From an uncultured virus (IMG/VR IMGVR_UViG_3300035663_000008) (taxonomy: Duplodnaviria > Heunggongvirae > Uroviricota > Caudoviricetes): a stretch of 64,000 nucleotides of DNA. A program made the translations under genes and the position numbers. A model generated the notes under the pieces. It did no database searches, was not told where the DNA came from, and saw only the letters and a list, made by a program, of their open reading frames with translations. Below, in pieces: positions 10,107 to 20,294 of the stretch. Within the stretch, counting starts at the first letter, position 1; each line of letters starts with the position of its first letter. The DNA is taken from the IMG/VR virus record IMGVR_UViG_3300035663_000008. One strand, given 5' to 3'.

Positions 10107-10975
10107 TGTTCACGAACTTCTACAACGGCTCCATTCGGCGCATGGTGGTTGCTTTCGGCTCCCTGTTCAATCAGATTTACATTGACAAGGCAGATAGCAG
10201 CGGAACCAAGACGATGCTTGTACCCATTTCGTATGCTCCCAAAGAGAAGTACAAGGTGCGTCTTTCAGGAGAACCAAACTTTTCCAATCCCAATCAGATA
10301 GTCCTGCCGCGCATGGCTTTTGAGATCACGGGATATGTCTACGATTCTGCTCGCAAGCGCAACAGTCTGAACCGCCATGTAGTGCGTCCAACCACGGACA
10401 ATCCGAGTGGAGTGGACTACACATTCGCGGAAGTTCCATACAACATTGATTTTGCTCTGTATGTCTATGTGCGGAACATGGAAGACGGATTGCGTATTGT
10501 GGAGCAGATACTGCCGTTCTTTTCGCCAGAGTTCGTGGTCACTGTAAACTTTGATGATATCAACCGTAAGATGGATGTTCCCATCTATCTCAATTCAGTT
10601 TCGTCTGAAGAAGATTACGAAGGCGACTTTGAAACTCGTCGCTCTATTATTTTCACCCTCAACTTTACGATGAAATCGTATCTGTTTGGCGCAAAGAAGA
10701 ACTACAAAGAGATTCGTGTGGTTCAGGCGGGTCTGTGGAACTCCGATATTTTTGGAGACACTTTTGTTGGTGGTGTTACTTACCTACCAGGCAGTACCAC
10801 AGATACTCCTAATTACGCCAATATTATTACGGGAATCAGCGGTCCGAGCGGTGCAAGTTCAAACGCCAACGACTACGATTCGTATGCAAAGGTGTATCAA
10901 CCACAGAGCGGTGGAGGCACGACATACGCTGCTAATATGGTTTCGGGAGGCATCACCGTAGATTGGAATATTTGA
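10106..10975 (+). CDS. gp15: Tail terminator / sheath stabiliser gp15
   Basis: FYNGSIRRMVVAFGSLFN, VPISYAPKEK, LPRMAFEI, EQILPFFSP. Confidence 0.93.
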   Translation: MFTNFYNGSIRRMVVAFGSLFNQIYIDKADSSGTKTMLVPISYAPKEKYKVRLSGEPNFSNPNQIVLPRMAFEITGYVYDSARKRNSLNRHVVRPTTDNPSGVDYTFAEVPYNIDFALYVYVRNMEDGLRIVEQILPFFSPEFVVTVNFDDINRKMDVPIYLNSVSSEEDYEGDFETRRSIIFTLNFTMKSYLFGAKKNYKEIRVVQAGLWNSDIFGDTFVGGVTYLPGSTTDTPNYANIITGISGPSGASSNANDYDSYAKVYQPQSGGGTTYAANMVSGGITVDWNI

Positions 10976-10985
10976 GGAGTAGACT

Positions 10986-11492
10986 ATGAGTGGATTTGAC
11001 CATATTGAAAAGGCTCTCGGAGCAGAGCCAGCAAAACCGTTGACTGGCGATGGCATTCCGAAGAATGCCATCGTTGTAAGCGTAGAGCCTGTTCCGCTCA
11101 CGGACGAGCGACTTGAAAAAGACCTGAAGAGCGACTACGAGGTTGTGCGGGACAATCTAAAGGAACTCGTAGACATGGGCAAGAATGCCCTTGATGGTGT
11201 CATTCAGGTGGCACAGGAGGGCGATCAGCCCCGTGCATATGAAGTGGTGGCTCAACTCATCAAGACGCTTGCGGAAACGAACCGCGAACTCATGGATCTC
11301 CACAATCGCGTGAAGACCATTCGCAAGATTGACCAAAGCGTTACAAACAACACAACAACGAATCAGTCCATCTACGTGGGTTCCACAAAGGAACTACAGG
11401 ACATCATCAATTCTGCCCGTTCTTCTACAAAGGCGTTTGATAATCGCCCCGATGTTCGTGATGTGATTCAAGGTGACAAGAACAATGAGTAA
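10986..11492 (+). CDS. gp16: Terminase small subunit gp16
   Basis: DYEVVRDNL, PRAYEVVAQLIK, YVGSTKELQ. Confidence 0.92.
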   Translation: MSGFDHIEKALGAEPAKPLTGDGIPKNAIVVSVEPVPLTDERLEKDLKSDYEVVRDNLKELVDMGKNALDGVIQVAQEGDQPRAYEVVAQLIKTLAETNRELMDLHNRVKTIRKIDQSVTNNTTTNQSIYVGSTKELQDIINSARSSTKAFDNRPDVRDVIQGDKNNE

Positions 11493-13155
11493 GAAAAGCA
11501 CCAAGTACCTCGGCAACTCCAATCTCAAGGCAGCAGGCGTAAATGTAAACTTCTCTCCCGAACAGATTGAAGAATACATCAAGTGCGCCCAAGACCCGCT
11601 GTACTTCATCAAGAACTATGTGAAGATCGTGTCCCTTGACAAGGGCTTGGTGCCGTTTGAGCCGTATGATTATCAGGAGGAGATGATCCGCACCATTCAC
11701 GAAAACCGCTTTGTGATCGGCAAACTTCCCCGCCAGACAGGTAAATCTACCACGATCATCGCGTATCTGCTCCACTATGTGCTGTTCAATCAGAGCATGA
11801 GCGTTGCGATTCTTGCAAACAAGTTGACCACTGCCCGCGAACTGCTTGGACGTTTGCAGTTAGCCTACGAGTACCTGCCCATGTGGTTGCAGCAGGGAGT
11901 GGTGGAGTGGAACAAGGGTTCCATCGTGCTGGAGAACGGCTCCAAGATTCTTGCATCCGCCACATCATCGTCTGCGGTGCGTGGTGGATCGTTCAACTAC
12001 ATCTTCCTTGACGAGTTTGCGTATGTGCCGCAGAATGTCGCGGAAGAGTTTTTCTCGTCCGTGTATCCCACCATTACCAGCGGTCAAAGCACGAAGGTCA
12101 CGATCATTTCAACGCCGAAAGGCTTGAATATGTTCTACCGCTTTTGGGTGAATGCGAACAAGAAGCCAGGCGAAGAGGGCAAGAACGAGTATGTGCCGCT
12201 GGAGGTGCATTGGAGCGATGTGCCTGGTCGTGATGAGAAGTGGAAGGCACAGACGATTGCGAACACCTCCGAAGAGCAGTTCAGGACGGAGTTTGAGTGC
12301 GAGTTCCTTGGCTCCATGCATACTCTTGTGCATCCCGAAAAACTCAAGTGCATGGTGTATCGCACTCCTGAATATTGGAATGGTGAGGGGCTACGGGTGT
12401 ATCAGAAGCCCGTCCCCGACCACAAGTATGTGATAGTGGTGGACACAGCCCGTGGACAGGGATTGGACTACCACGCATTCTCGGTGGTGGATGTGACCTG
12501 CATACCGTATCGGGTGGTGGCTACATTCAGAAATAACGAGATGCCGCCCATGTTGTATCCCAATGCCATCTACCCCATATGCCGACAGTACAACAATGCG
12601 TACTGTTTGGTGGAGGTAAACGACATCGGAGGTCAGGTAGCGGACATTCTGCACGATGAACTGGAATATGACAACATCATCTATGTGTCCACACAAGGAC
12701 GCAAAGGACAGATAGTGAACGGCGGATTCGGCGGCAAGGGTGGAGCCATGAAGGGCGTAAAGACCTCTACTGCGGTGAAGCGCATCGGCTGCTCTATCCT
12801 GAAGAGCCTCATAGAAGACACCAAACTCATCGTGGAAGACTTCAACACGGTGGACGAGTTCTGCTCGTTTGTAGCCAAGGGTGACTCGTTTGAGGCAGAA
12901 GAAACCCACCATGACGATCTGGTAATGACTCTGGTGCTGTTTTCGTGGCTTACCACACAGGCATATTTCAAATCCATCACAGGCAGCGACATCCGCAAAG
13001 ACCTGTACGAGGAGCAAATGAAGAATTTGGAAGAAGAGATGACACCTTTCGGATTTGTGAATGACGGAAGCAATGAAACGGGTTTTGTGGACAGTCGCGG
13101 TACTTCTTGGAAGATGAAGGGAGGCGAAAACCTAGATATGGGGTGGAGTTTCTGA
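11485..13155 (+). CDS. gp17: Terminase large subunit gp17
   Basis: PRQTGKST Walker A, IFLDEFA Walker B, ISTPKG, HDDLVM nuclease motif. Confidence 0.97.
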   Translation: MSKKSTKYLGNSNLKAAGVNVNFSPEQIEEYIKCAQDPLYFIKNYVKIVSLDKGLVPFEPYDYQEEMIRTIHENRFVIGKLPRQTGKSTTIIAYLLHYVLFNQSMSVAILANKLTTARELLGRLQLAYEYLPMWLQQGVVEWNKGSIVLENGSKILASATSSSAVRGGSFNYIFLDEFAYVPQNVAEEFFSSVYPTITSGQSTKVTIISTPKGLNMFYRFWVNANKKPGEEGKNEYVPLEVHWSDVPGRDEKWKAQTIANTSEEQFRTEFECEFLGSMHTLVHPEKLKCMVYRTPEYWNGEGLRVYQKPVPDHKYVIVVDTARGQGLDYHAFSVVDVTCIPYRVVATFRNNEMPPMLYPNAIYPICRQYNNAYCLVEVNDIGGQVADILHDELEYDNIIYVSTQGRKGQIVNGGFGGKGGAMKGVKTSTAVKRIGCSILKSLIEDTKLIVEDFNTVDEFCSFVAKGDSFEAEETHHDDLVMTLVLFSWLTTQAYFKSITGSDIRKDLYEEQMKNLEEEMTPFGFVNDGSNETGFVDSRGTSWKMKGGENLDMGWSF

Positions 13156-13179
13156 CCGTTTCGTGAGCCTTTCAAAATA

Positions 13180-13186
13180 CTACATA
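13180..13186 (+). promoter_or_regulatory. Late promoter variant CTACATA
   Basis: Intergenic before gp18; same heptamer precedes gp22, gp3 and 57673. Confidence 0.55.
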
Positions 13187-13238
13187 ACATGAGAAGCACA
13201 GTCGCAGAGTATTGACTTCTTCACGAAGGAGAACACAA

Positions 13239-15389
13239 ATGGCATTCAGAGTAAGCCCCGGCGTAAGCATTAAAGAAATAGACTTGACCACAATTATTCC
13301 AGGGGTTGCAACAACTCCCGGTGGATTTGCTGGATATTTCCAGTGGGGACCGACCAAGACTATTGTCCCAATTACCAATCAGACAGAACTGGTAAATACT
13401 TTTGGAAAGCCAGTTGACTCCAACTATGTGGATTTTTTCACCGCAGGAAATTTCTTGGATTACGGAAACAACTGCCAGACTGTGCGTGTTGTTGGAACTG
13501 CTTCATTCAATTCCTACGCGGTTGTTGCTGGTGGTACTGTTGCAGTAGGAGCAACTACAGGAGCCCACCCCGATACTTTCCAGACTCTTACCATTAATAA
13601 CGAAAACGAGTTTTACGCAGCAGTGAATGCGGGCGGCTCTGGAGCGTCAAACATTAATACTGCTGCGGCACAAAAGGTCTTGTTTGCAGCAAAGTATCGT
13701 GGAACTCTCGGAAATGCTTTGAAGGTGGTTGTTACCAGTGGTCCAGGAACCACGGGGGCATCGCTCGGATACGCGGCTTCACTGGGTGACAGTTTCTTGT
13801 ATGTTTATGCAGGAAGCAGCACAGATCGCAAGTATTTTGCTGTGGGCGACACCATTGAGTTTACAGACGGAACAAATGTTTCTGTAAGCGGATTGGCAAA
13901 GATTAATGGCGGTAACACCGCTGCTTTTGCAAACATTACTTGGACAACAGTAACACCAGTCAACGGCGATTTCTTTGGAGTTACCACTGGCTGGAATCAG
14001 GCTTCCACTGCTTTCAGTGGAACAAACGGAATTACCGCAGCATGGAGACTTACCCTTTCTGCTCCCATTTCTGCAAATCAGTCAGCGGGTGCGAATTTTA
14101 CACACAAGAGTGTATACGCAAGTACGGTTTCTATTCAGTCTAGCACTACTGCTTACGCTGCTGATCGTGGAGGCACAGGCGATCTCATAAACATTCTGGT
14201 TTACGATGAAGACGGAACTTGGACTGGAACTGCAAACACCTTGTTGGAAAAGTTCGAAGGGCTTTCGCGTGCATCAGATGCCAGAAAGAGCGACGGCAGT
14301 GCAAACTACTACAAGACTGTGATCAACGAGCAGTCTCGGTATATTTGGGCAATTGCAGCAGACGTAAACGACAACACTGGTGGCGTATCCACAAAAACAA
14401 ACTGGACTCTTATTGGTCCTCCACTGTCCACTACTAGTGCTGTCGGATCTCAAGTAAATTCAATTGCTCTTGCTGGTGGTGATCTTGCTGCACCAACAGA
14501 TTCGGAAAGATGGAACGACGGCTGGAAATACTTTGCAGATGCAGACACAGTTGATGTTTCTCTGTTGCCTATGGGAAATGCTTCAAATACACTGGCACAA
14601 TTGGTGGTGCAAAATGTGTGCGAAAAGCGTTTGGACTGCATTGCTTTCGTGTCTCCTCGTCAAACCGATGTGGAGTTTAAAACACCGCAACAAGCATTGG
14701 TCAACATAAAGGGATACAGAGACAACACATTCAATATCAATACTTCATATGCGGTAATTGACAGCGGGTGGAAGTACCAACTAGATACTTACAATAATGT
14801 TATACGTGCAATGCCTCTCAATCCAGATATTGCGGGAATTGTTGCTCGTACCGAGTTCACGAACGAGGCGTGGTTCTCACCCGCAGGCTTCAATCGTGGT
14901 CAGATCAAGAATGTGGTGCGGTTGGCGTATAACCCAACGCAAGAAGCACACCGCGATGAACTGTACACTCGTCAGGTAAACCCTGTCGTGTCTTTCCCAG
15001 GCGAAGGCGTGATCTTGTTCGGTGACAAAACCGCACAGACTCGTCCATCGGCATTCGACCGTATCAATGTTCGTCGCCTGTTCATCGTGCTTGAGAAGGC
15101 GATTGCCACCGCTTCGAAGTTCTTCTTGTTCGAGCAGAACGATGCGTTTGCCCGCGCACAATTCCGCAGTTTGGTGGTGCCTTTCCTGAAGACCATACAG
15201 GAAAGAAGAGGCATCACAGACTTCAAGGTAGTGTGTGATGAAACAAATAATACTGATGAAGTGATTGACCGCAACGAATTTGTGGCAGATATATTCATCA
15301 AACCCACCAGAAGCGTTAACTTTATCTCGCTGAATTTCGTGGCAACGAAGACCGGCGTAAATTTCAGCGTCGCGGAATTGGGCAGTTAA
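13239..15389 (+). CDS. gp18: Tail sheath gp18
   Basis: SPGVSIKEIDLT, WFSPAGFNRG, FDRINVRRLF; RBS AAGGAG. Confidence 0.96.
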   Translation: MAFRVSPGVSIKEIDLTTIIPGVATTPGGFAGYFQWGPTKTIVPITNQTELVNTFGKPVDSNYVDFFTAGNFLDYGNNCQTVRVVGTASFNSYAVVAGGTVAVGATTGAHPDTFQTLTINNENEFYAAVNAGGSGASNINTAAAQKVLFAAKYRGTLGNALKVVVTSGPGTTGASLGYAASLGDSFLYVYAGSSTDRKYFAVGDTIEFTDGTNVSVSGLAKINGGNTAAFANITWTTVTPVNGDFFGVTTGWNQASTAFSGTNGITAAWRLTLSAPISANQSAGANFTHKSVYASTVSIQSSTTAYAADRGGTGDLINILVYDEDGTWTGTANTLLEKFEGLSRASDARKSDGSANYYKTVINEQSRYIWAIAADVNDNTGGVSTKTNWTLIGPPLSTTSAVGSQVNSIALAGGDLAAPTDSERWNDGWKYFADADTVDVSLLPMGNASNTLAQLVVQNVCEKRLDCIAFVSPRQTDVEFKTPQQALVNIKGYRDNTFNINTSYAVIDSGWKYQLDTYNNVIRAMPLNPDIAGIVARTEFTNEAWFSPAGFNRGQIKNVVRLAYNPTQEAHRDELYTRQVNPVVSFPGEGVILFGDKTAQTRPSAFDRINVRRLFIVLEKAIATASKFFLFEQNDAFARAQFRSLVVPFLKTIQERRGITDFKVVCDETNNTDEVIDRNEFVADIFIKPTRSVNFISLNFVATKTGVNFSVAELGS

Positions 15390-15393
15390 TCGC

Positions 15394-15400
15394 CTAAATA
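15394..15400 (+). promoter_or_regulatory. Late promoter variant CTAAATA
   Basis: Intergenic before gp19. Confidence 0.65.
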
Positions 15401-15417
15401 GGAACAAGGAGTAATCC

Positions 15418-16029
15418 ATGCCAGTAGATCCAACAAACAACATCTCGGGATTCGTAAACTCGTTTGCCGGTGGTGGTGTTCGCACCAACTTGTTCATGGT
15501 GACTGGAAATATTCCAGGATACAACAATAATCGAGCCATTTCGTTTTTGTGCAAGGCAGCACAGATTCCCAACTCGTCTCTCGGAGTAATTGAAGTTCCG
15601 TATCGTGGTCGCCGCATCAAGTTGCCTGGTGATCGCACTTTTCAAGACTGGACAGTTACTGTTATGTCTGATGCGAACATGAGTTTGCGTTCTGCTTTTG
15701 AATTCTGGAGTGCCAGATTCAATTCTCATGTCAGCAACATTGCCCCAAACAACTTCATGCAATTCATGCCCACTTGGTCGGTTACCCAATTGCTGAGAAC
15801 GGGAGACGCACTTCGTACATACAACTTTGTCGGTTGTTTCCCCAGTGAAATCAGTCCAATTGATCTTTCATACGAGAACAACGATCAAATTGCTGAATTC
15901 ACGGTTACGATCAACTACTCTTGGTGGGAGGCTGCTGCTGGTGCGGCGGTTCCTGCAACAGGTTCTGGACAGGGAAATATACAGTCTTTGTTGCAGGGCG
16001 CAGGAATCAATCTCGGTCAGGGCTTCTAA
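15418..16029 (+). CDS. gp19: Tail tube gp19
   Basis: GGGVRTNLF, VPYRGRRIKLPGDRTFQDWTVT, IAEFTVT. Confidence 0.95.
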   Translation: MPVDPTNNISGFVNSFAGGGVRTNLFMVTGNIPGYNNNRAISFLCKAAQIPNSSLGVIEVPYRGRRIKLPGDRTFQDWTVTVMSDANMSLRSAFEFWSARFNSHVSNIAPNNFMQFMPTWSVTQLLRTGDALRTYNFVGCFPSEISPIDLSYENNDQIAEFTVTINYSWWEAAAGAAVPATGSGQGNIQSLLQGAGINLGQGF

Positions 16030-16056
16030 AGTCTATTTTGACAAGATTCTTTATTT

Positions 16057-17697
16057 ATGGCTATCAAACTGTTTGGCTTTACCATTAGCAAGGACGGGAC
16101 TTCTTCGGAGGAATCCAAGAAGTCTCTTTCCTTTGTGCCGCCTGATTACGATGACGGCTCAATACCCATTGAGGTTGGCGGGTATTTCGGAGCAGTCGTT
16201 GACTTTGACGGCACGATCAAGTCAGACATGGAACTCATTCGCAAATACCGCGACATGGCTCTCCATCCTGAAGTGGAATCAGCCATCGCGGATATCTGCA
16301 ATGAAGCCATCGTATACAATGAAACGCTGTCAACGGTAAAGATAGACACTACTAGCCTTGAACAACCAAAAACCATCAAGGACAAGGTGGAAGCAGAGTT
16401 TCAGGAGGTGCTGAATCTGCTGAATTTCTCTCGGCGTGGCTACGAAATCTTTCGCAAGTGGTACATTGACAGTCGCCTGTATTACCACATCATTATTGAT
16501 GAAGGCAACAAGAAAAAGGGCATCAAGGAGTTGCGTCCCATTGATCCTACGAAGATTCGTAAGGTTCGCAAAATCAATAAGAAGCCACTGGACAAAAACG
16601 AAGCACGGGGAGTGAAGGTTGTCACCTCTGTTGAAGAGTTCTATGTGTACAACGAGAGCGAGCCAAACTCCACTGCTCTGTCTATGGAGGGGTTGAAGAT
16701 TCAGCCTGATGCCATATGCTTTGTCCACAGCGGACTGTTTGACGGCTACCACAAAAAGATCATTGGCTATCTGCACAAGGCTATCAAGGCATTAAACCAA
16801 CTCCGCATGATTGAGGACGCGGTGGTGATCTATCGCATCACCCGCGCCCCCGAGCGGCGCGTGTTCTATGTGGATGTGGGAAACCTACCGAAGCAGAAGG
16901 CAGAGGAATATGTGCGCGGCTTGATGCAGAGGTATCGCAACAAGTTGATGTACGATCCAAACACGGGTGAAGTGCAGGATTCGCGCAAGCACCTGTCCAT
17001 GCTTGAAGACTTCTGGATGCCACGGCGCGAAGGCGGTCGCGGCACGGAGATTCAGACGCTTGAGGCAGGACAGAACCTGTCCGAGATGGATGATGTGAAG
17101 TATTTTCAGAAGAAACTGTTTCAGTCGCTTAATGTTCCGTCTTCGCGGCTTGAGGAAACCACGGGGTTCAATCTCGGTAAGGCTTCGGAAATTTCACGCG
17201 ATGAAGTAAAGTTCTTCAAGTTTATTGAACGGCTACGCATGAAGTTCTCTGAACTGTTCCTTGAACTGCTGCGTGTTCAGTTGACGCTGAAGGGCATAAT
17301 CAAGGAGAGCGACTGGGATGAAATGGTGTCCCAACTTGCGTTTCAGTTTGCAAAAGACTCCCACTTCACTGAACTCAAGGAAAGCGAAATTCTCAAGGAT
17401 CGTTTGCAGACCGCTCGGGATTCCGAAGATTTTGTTGGCAAGTACTACTCCCGTGAGTGGGTACGCAAGAAGATTCTGCGTCAGACCGAGGACGATGTAG
17501 AGCAGATTGACAAGCAGATTGCTGCCGAGGAAAAGGCTGGCATCCTTATGCCGCCTGGTCAGGACATGGGCATGGGTCAACCCATGCCAGGTGAGCCACA
17601 GCCTGCTCCTGCTCCCGTCAGCAGTGGGGGTGGTGAACAGCCACGAGTAACAATTGGTGAAATCGTCCCTGCGGACGAGGAAGACCTGAACGATTGA
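16057..17697 (+). CDS. gp20: Portal protein gp20
   Basis: YLHKAIKALNQLRMIEDAVVIYRITRAPERRVFYVDVGNLPK, MLEDFWMPRREGGRGTEI. Confidence 0.97.
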   Translation: MAIKLFGFTISKDGTSSEESKKSLSFVPPDYDDGSIPIEVGGYFGAVVDFDGTIKSDMELIRKYRDMALHPEVESAIADICNEAIVYNETLSTVKIDTTSLEQPKTIKDKVEAEFQEVLNLLNFSRRGYEIFRKWYIDSRLYYHIIIDEGNKKKGIKELRPIDPTKIRKVRKINKKPLDKNEARGVKVVTSVEEFYVYNESEPNSTALSMEGLKIQPDAICFVHSGLFDGYHKKIIGYLHKAIKALNQLRMIEDAVVIYRITRAPERRVFYVDVGNLPKQKAEEYVRGLMQRYRNKLMYDPNTGEVQDSRKHLSMLEDFWMPRREGGRGTEIQTLEAGQNLSEMDDVKYFQKKLFQSLNVPSSRLEETTGFNLGKASEISRDEVKFFKFIERLRMKFSELFLELLRVQLTLKGIIKESDWDEMVSQLAFQFAKDSHFTELKESEILKDRLQTARDSEDFVGKYYSREWVRKKILRQTEDDVEQIDKQIAAEEKAGILMPPGQDMGMGQPMPGEPQPAPAPVSSGGGEQPRVTIGEIVPADEEDLND

Positions 17698-17707
17698 GAG
17701 GTATATC

Positions 17708-17872
17708 ATGCTACAGTCATATGAAGAATTCAAGTCAGCCGTAACCGCCGCCCTCATGGATAAGGTTGCTCAACGAATTGAAGCAGAAAAACAGCATATT
17801 TCAAATTCGTTGCTACAGGGAGTTGCGGTGGAATCCGAAGAACAATCCCAGTCAAACGCAGATGAAAACTAA
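17708..17872 (+). CDS. Small prohead core protein (gp67-like), 54 aa, absent from ORF track
   Basis: Hand translation MLQSYEEFKSAVTAALMDKVAQRIEAEKQHISNSLLQGVAVESEEQSQSNADEN; RBS GAGG; position between gp20 and gp21. Confidence 0.65.
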   Translation: MLQSYEEFKSAVTAALMDKVAQRIEAEKQHISNSLLQGVAVESEEQSQSNADEN

Positions 17873-17875
17873 ATA
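17869..17875 (+). promoter_or_regulatory. Late promoter variant CTAAATA
   Basis: Overlaps stop of previous gene, before 17900. Confidence 0.55.
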
Positions 17876-17899
17876 ATCGTGTCTGTAAAAGGAGAACAC

Positions 17900-18343
17900 A
17901 TGGATACCCACAAAAAGATTGCAAAGGCACTCGTCAACAAGAGTTTTGCTGAAGCCAAGGAACTGGTCTTCAAGTCGCTGTACGCCAAGGCATCACTCGC
18001 TCTTGACGAGGCTCGTTTTGCTGTGGCTAATGCTGTGTTCAATGAAGCCAAGACCGCTCCCGACACTGGCGTTCACGCTGGTGCAAGCAAGGACAAGATG
18101 AAGGCTGCTCGGGATACCGTGAAGAAGGCTGGCTACAAGGCTAAACTCGGCAAGGGCGTTCCCGCTGGTGCAATGAAGGAAGCCACCGAGCAGTTGGATG
18201 AAGTGTCTCCTCCCGACATGGAGAAGATGACAGGCTCCAAGAAGACCAAGGCTTCGTTCGCCAAGCAGTACGGCAAGCGCGGCAAGAGCGTCATGTACGC
18301 CACCGCTTGGAAACTGCACAACAAGAAGGCGGGCAAGGACTAA
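17900..18343 (+). CDS. Prohead core-type protein (gp67/gp68 position)
   Basis: Lys/Ala-rich, ends SFAKQYGKRGKSVMYATAWK; RBS GGAG; between gp20 and gp21. Confidence 0.6.
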   Translation: MDTHKKIAKALVNKSFAEAKELVFKSLYAKASLALDEARFAVANAVFNEAKTAPDTGVHAGASKDKMKAARDTVKKAGYKAKLGKGVPAGAMKEATEQLDEVSPPDMEKMTGSKKTKASFAKQYGKRGKSVMYATAWKLHNKKAGKD

Positions 18344-18984
18344 TGAAACTCATTACCGAAACCGTACAGGACATCAACATCCTGACCGAAGAGAAGAACG
18401 GTCAGAAGCAATACTTCATTGAAGGCGTGTTCATGCAGGCTGAGTCCAAGAACAGGAACGGTCGCGTGTATCCAATGGCTGTGATGGAGAAGGAACTTGA
18501 TCGGTATCAGAAGGAATATGTGAAGACGAACCGCGCTATGGGCGAACTCGGTCACCCCGAAGGTCCGACCGTGAACCTTGAGCGCGTTTCCCACCTCATC
18601 AAGGACTTGCGCCTTGAGGGAAACGATGTGTACGGCAAAGCCAAGATTCTTGACACCCCCTACGGCAAGATTGTCCGCAACCTCATTGACGAGGGCGTGA
18701 AACTGGGCGTTTCGTCCCGTGGCATGGGCAGTCTGAAGGAGCAGGACGGGGTAAATGTCGTGCAGGAAGACTTCATGCTGGCTGCGGTAGATGTGGTCGC
18801 TGATCCGTCTGCACCCAACGCTTTTGTCAACGGCATCATGGAAGGACGGGAATGGATTTGGGACGGTGGCGTTCTGAAGCCCGTGGAAGTGGAAAATTAC
18901 AAGCGTATCATTGAGAAGACTTCTTCCAAAAATTTGGAAGAGCAGGCAATGAAATTGTTCAAGGACTTCATTTCAAAACTCTGA
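18343..18984 (+). CDS. gp21: Prohead protease gp21
   Basis: MKLITE, KNRNGRVY, GELGHP, GVSSRGMGSL, DVVADPSAPNA. Confidence 0.96.
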   Translation: MKLITETVQDINILTEEKNGQKQYFIEGVFMQAESKNRNGRVYPMAVMEKELDRYQKEYVKTNRAMGELGHPEGPTVNLERVSHLIKDLRLEGNDVYGKAKILDTPYGKIVRNLIDEGVKLGVSSRGMGSLKEQDGVNVVQEDFMLAAVDVVADPSAPNAFVNGIMEGREWIWDGGVLKPVEVENYKRIIEKTSSKNLEEQAMKLFKDFISKL

Positions 18985-18989
18985 CGGTT

Positions 18990-18996
18990 CTACATA
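18990..18996 (+). promoter_or_regulatory. Late promoter variant CTACATA
   Basis: Intergenic before gp22 RBS AAGGAG. Confidence 0.55.
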
Positions 18997-19020
18997 TTTC
19001 CTAGAAGGAGACTCACAGTC

Positions 19021-20241
19021 ATGGCTAACGAAAAGATCGAAGATGTCATCAAGAAGGTAATCCTGGGCGAAGGCTTCCTCGCGGAGAACGCCGAGGAACA
19101 GGATATCCCCGAGGGCGAAGACACCTCCGATGAGGAAGCCATCGCTGAGGAGGAAGAGGTCTACGAAGACGCTGACGGCGAAGAATTCGTAGAGGAAGAA
19201 GAACTCGAAGAAGCCAAGGACGAAGAGTCCGAGGAAGAAGACGAGGACGAAGAGGAAGAAGAGGAAGAAGACGAGGACGAAGAGGACTCCAAGGGCAAGA
19301 AGAAGATGCCTGCCTTCCTCAAGGGCAAGTTCGGCAAGAAGAAGGAGAAGGTTGAAGAAGCCGCCTCTGACTACGCTTCCGAGAAGATGCACAAGACTGC
19401 CAACGGCAAGACCGCCAAGATTGCAGAGCCAACTGGTGATGCCAGCGGCAAGAACGCGGGAACGATCAAGGCGAAGCCATCGGGTGCCAAGGCTGAAACC
19501 AAGATTCCCGAAGTGAAGCCCACCGTGAAGGAGGACATTGCTGTTCTTCTCAGCGGTCAGGAACTTTCGGAAGAGTTCAAGACTTCGGCTGCTACCCTCT
19601 TTGAGGCTCACCTGAACGAGCGCGCTCGTCAGATTGAGGAAGAGGTTCAGGCGAAGTACGAGGATTTGCTTGAGCAGCACACTGTTGCTGTTACCGAAGA
19701 ACTCGTTGAGCGCATTGACGATTACCTCAACTATGTGGTTGAGGAGTGGATGCAGGAGAACCGCCTTGCCGTTGAGCAGGGACTCCGCACCGAGATCACC
19801 GAAAACTTCATCTCTAACCTCCGTGGACTCTTTGCCGAGTCGTACATTGAGGTTCCCGAGGAGAAACTTGACCTCTTTGAGTCCACCGTTGAGCAGGCGG
19901 AAGCCCTTGACGGCGAACTTCAGGAGCAGGTTGACAAGAACATTGAACTCTCCGAAGAGGTTGAGCAGTTGAAGTGCGAGATCGTGTTCCGTGAACTATC
20001 AGAAGGCTTGGCTGACACTGACATTGAAAAACTTCGTCGTCTTGCCGAAGACCTAGAGTTTGACACCGTAGACCAATTTGCCGAAAAGTTGAGTGTTCTC
20101 CGAGAGAACATTGAAACCATCGGCACTAGTGCCGATAGTAGCACTGAAGAGGAGTCCCTTGAGGAGTCCTACGAAGATGCAACCGAGGCTTCCCCGCTTG
20201 TTGAAGCGTATGTGCGCTCAATGAGCAAAAGAGAAGAGTAA
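19021..20241 (+). CDS. gp22: Prohead scaffold gp22
   Basis: ELSEEFK..AATLFEA, DDYLNYVVEEWMQENRLAVEQGLRTEI; very acidic. Confidence 0.92.
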   Translation: MANEKIEDVIKKVILGEGFLAENAEEQDIPEGEDTSDEEAIAEEEEVYEDADGEEFVEEEELEEAKDEESEEEDEDEEEEEEEDEDEEDSKGKKKMPAFLKGKFGKKKEKVEEAASDYASEKMHKTANGKTAKIAEPTGDASGKNAGTIKAKPSGAKAETKIPEVKPTVKEDIAVLLSGQELSEEFKTSAATLFEAHLNERARQIEEEVQAKYEDLLEQHTVAVTEELVERIDDYLNYVVEEWMQENRLAVEQGLRTEITENFISNLRGLFAESYIEVPEEKLDLFESTVEQAEALDGELQEQVDKNIELSEEVEQLKCEIVFRELSEGLADTDIEKLRRLAEDLEFDTVDQFAEKLSVLRENIETIGTSADSSTEEESLEESYEDATEASPLVEAYVRSMSKREE

Positions 20242-20294
20242 TCTTCAACACAGTTTCTTTCGGTCACCGACCGTTCACAAATAAGGAGTAGGAA

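Noticed and set aside
16038..16065. TTGACA before gp20 as a sigma70 promoter
   Set aside because: No acceptable -10 hexamer at 16-18 nt
20261..20273. Hairpin CGGTC-ACC-GACCG before gp23
   Set aside because: Only 5 bp with no U-tract; too weak to call
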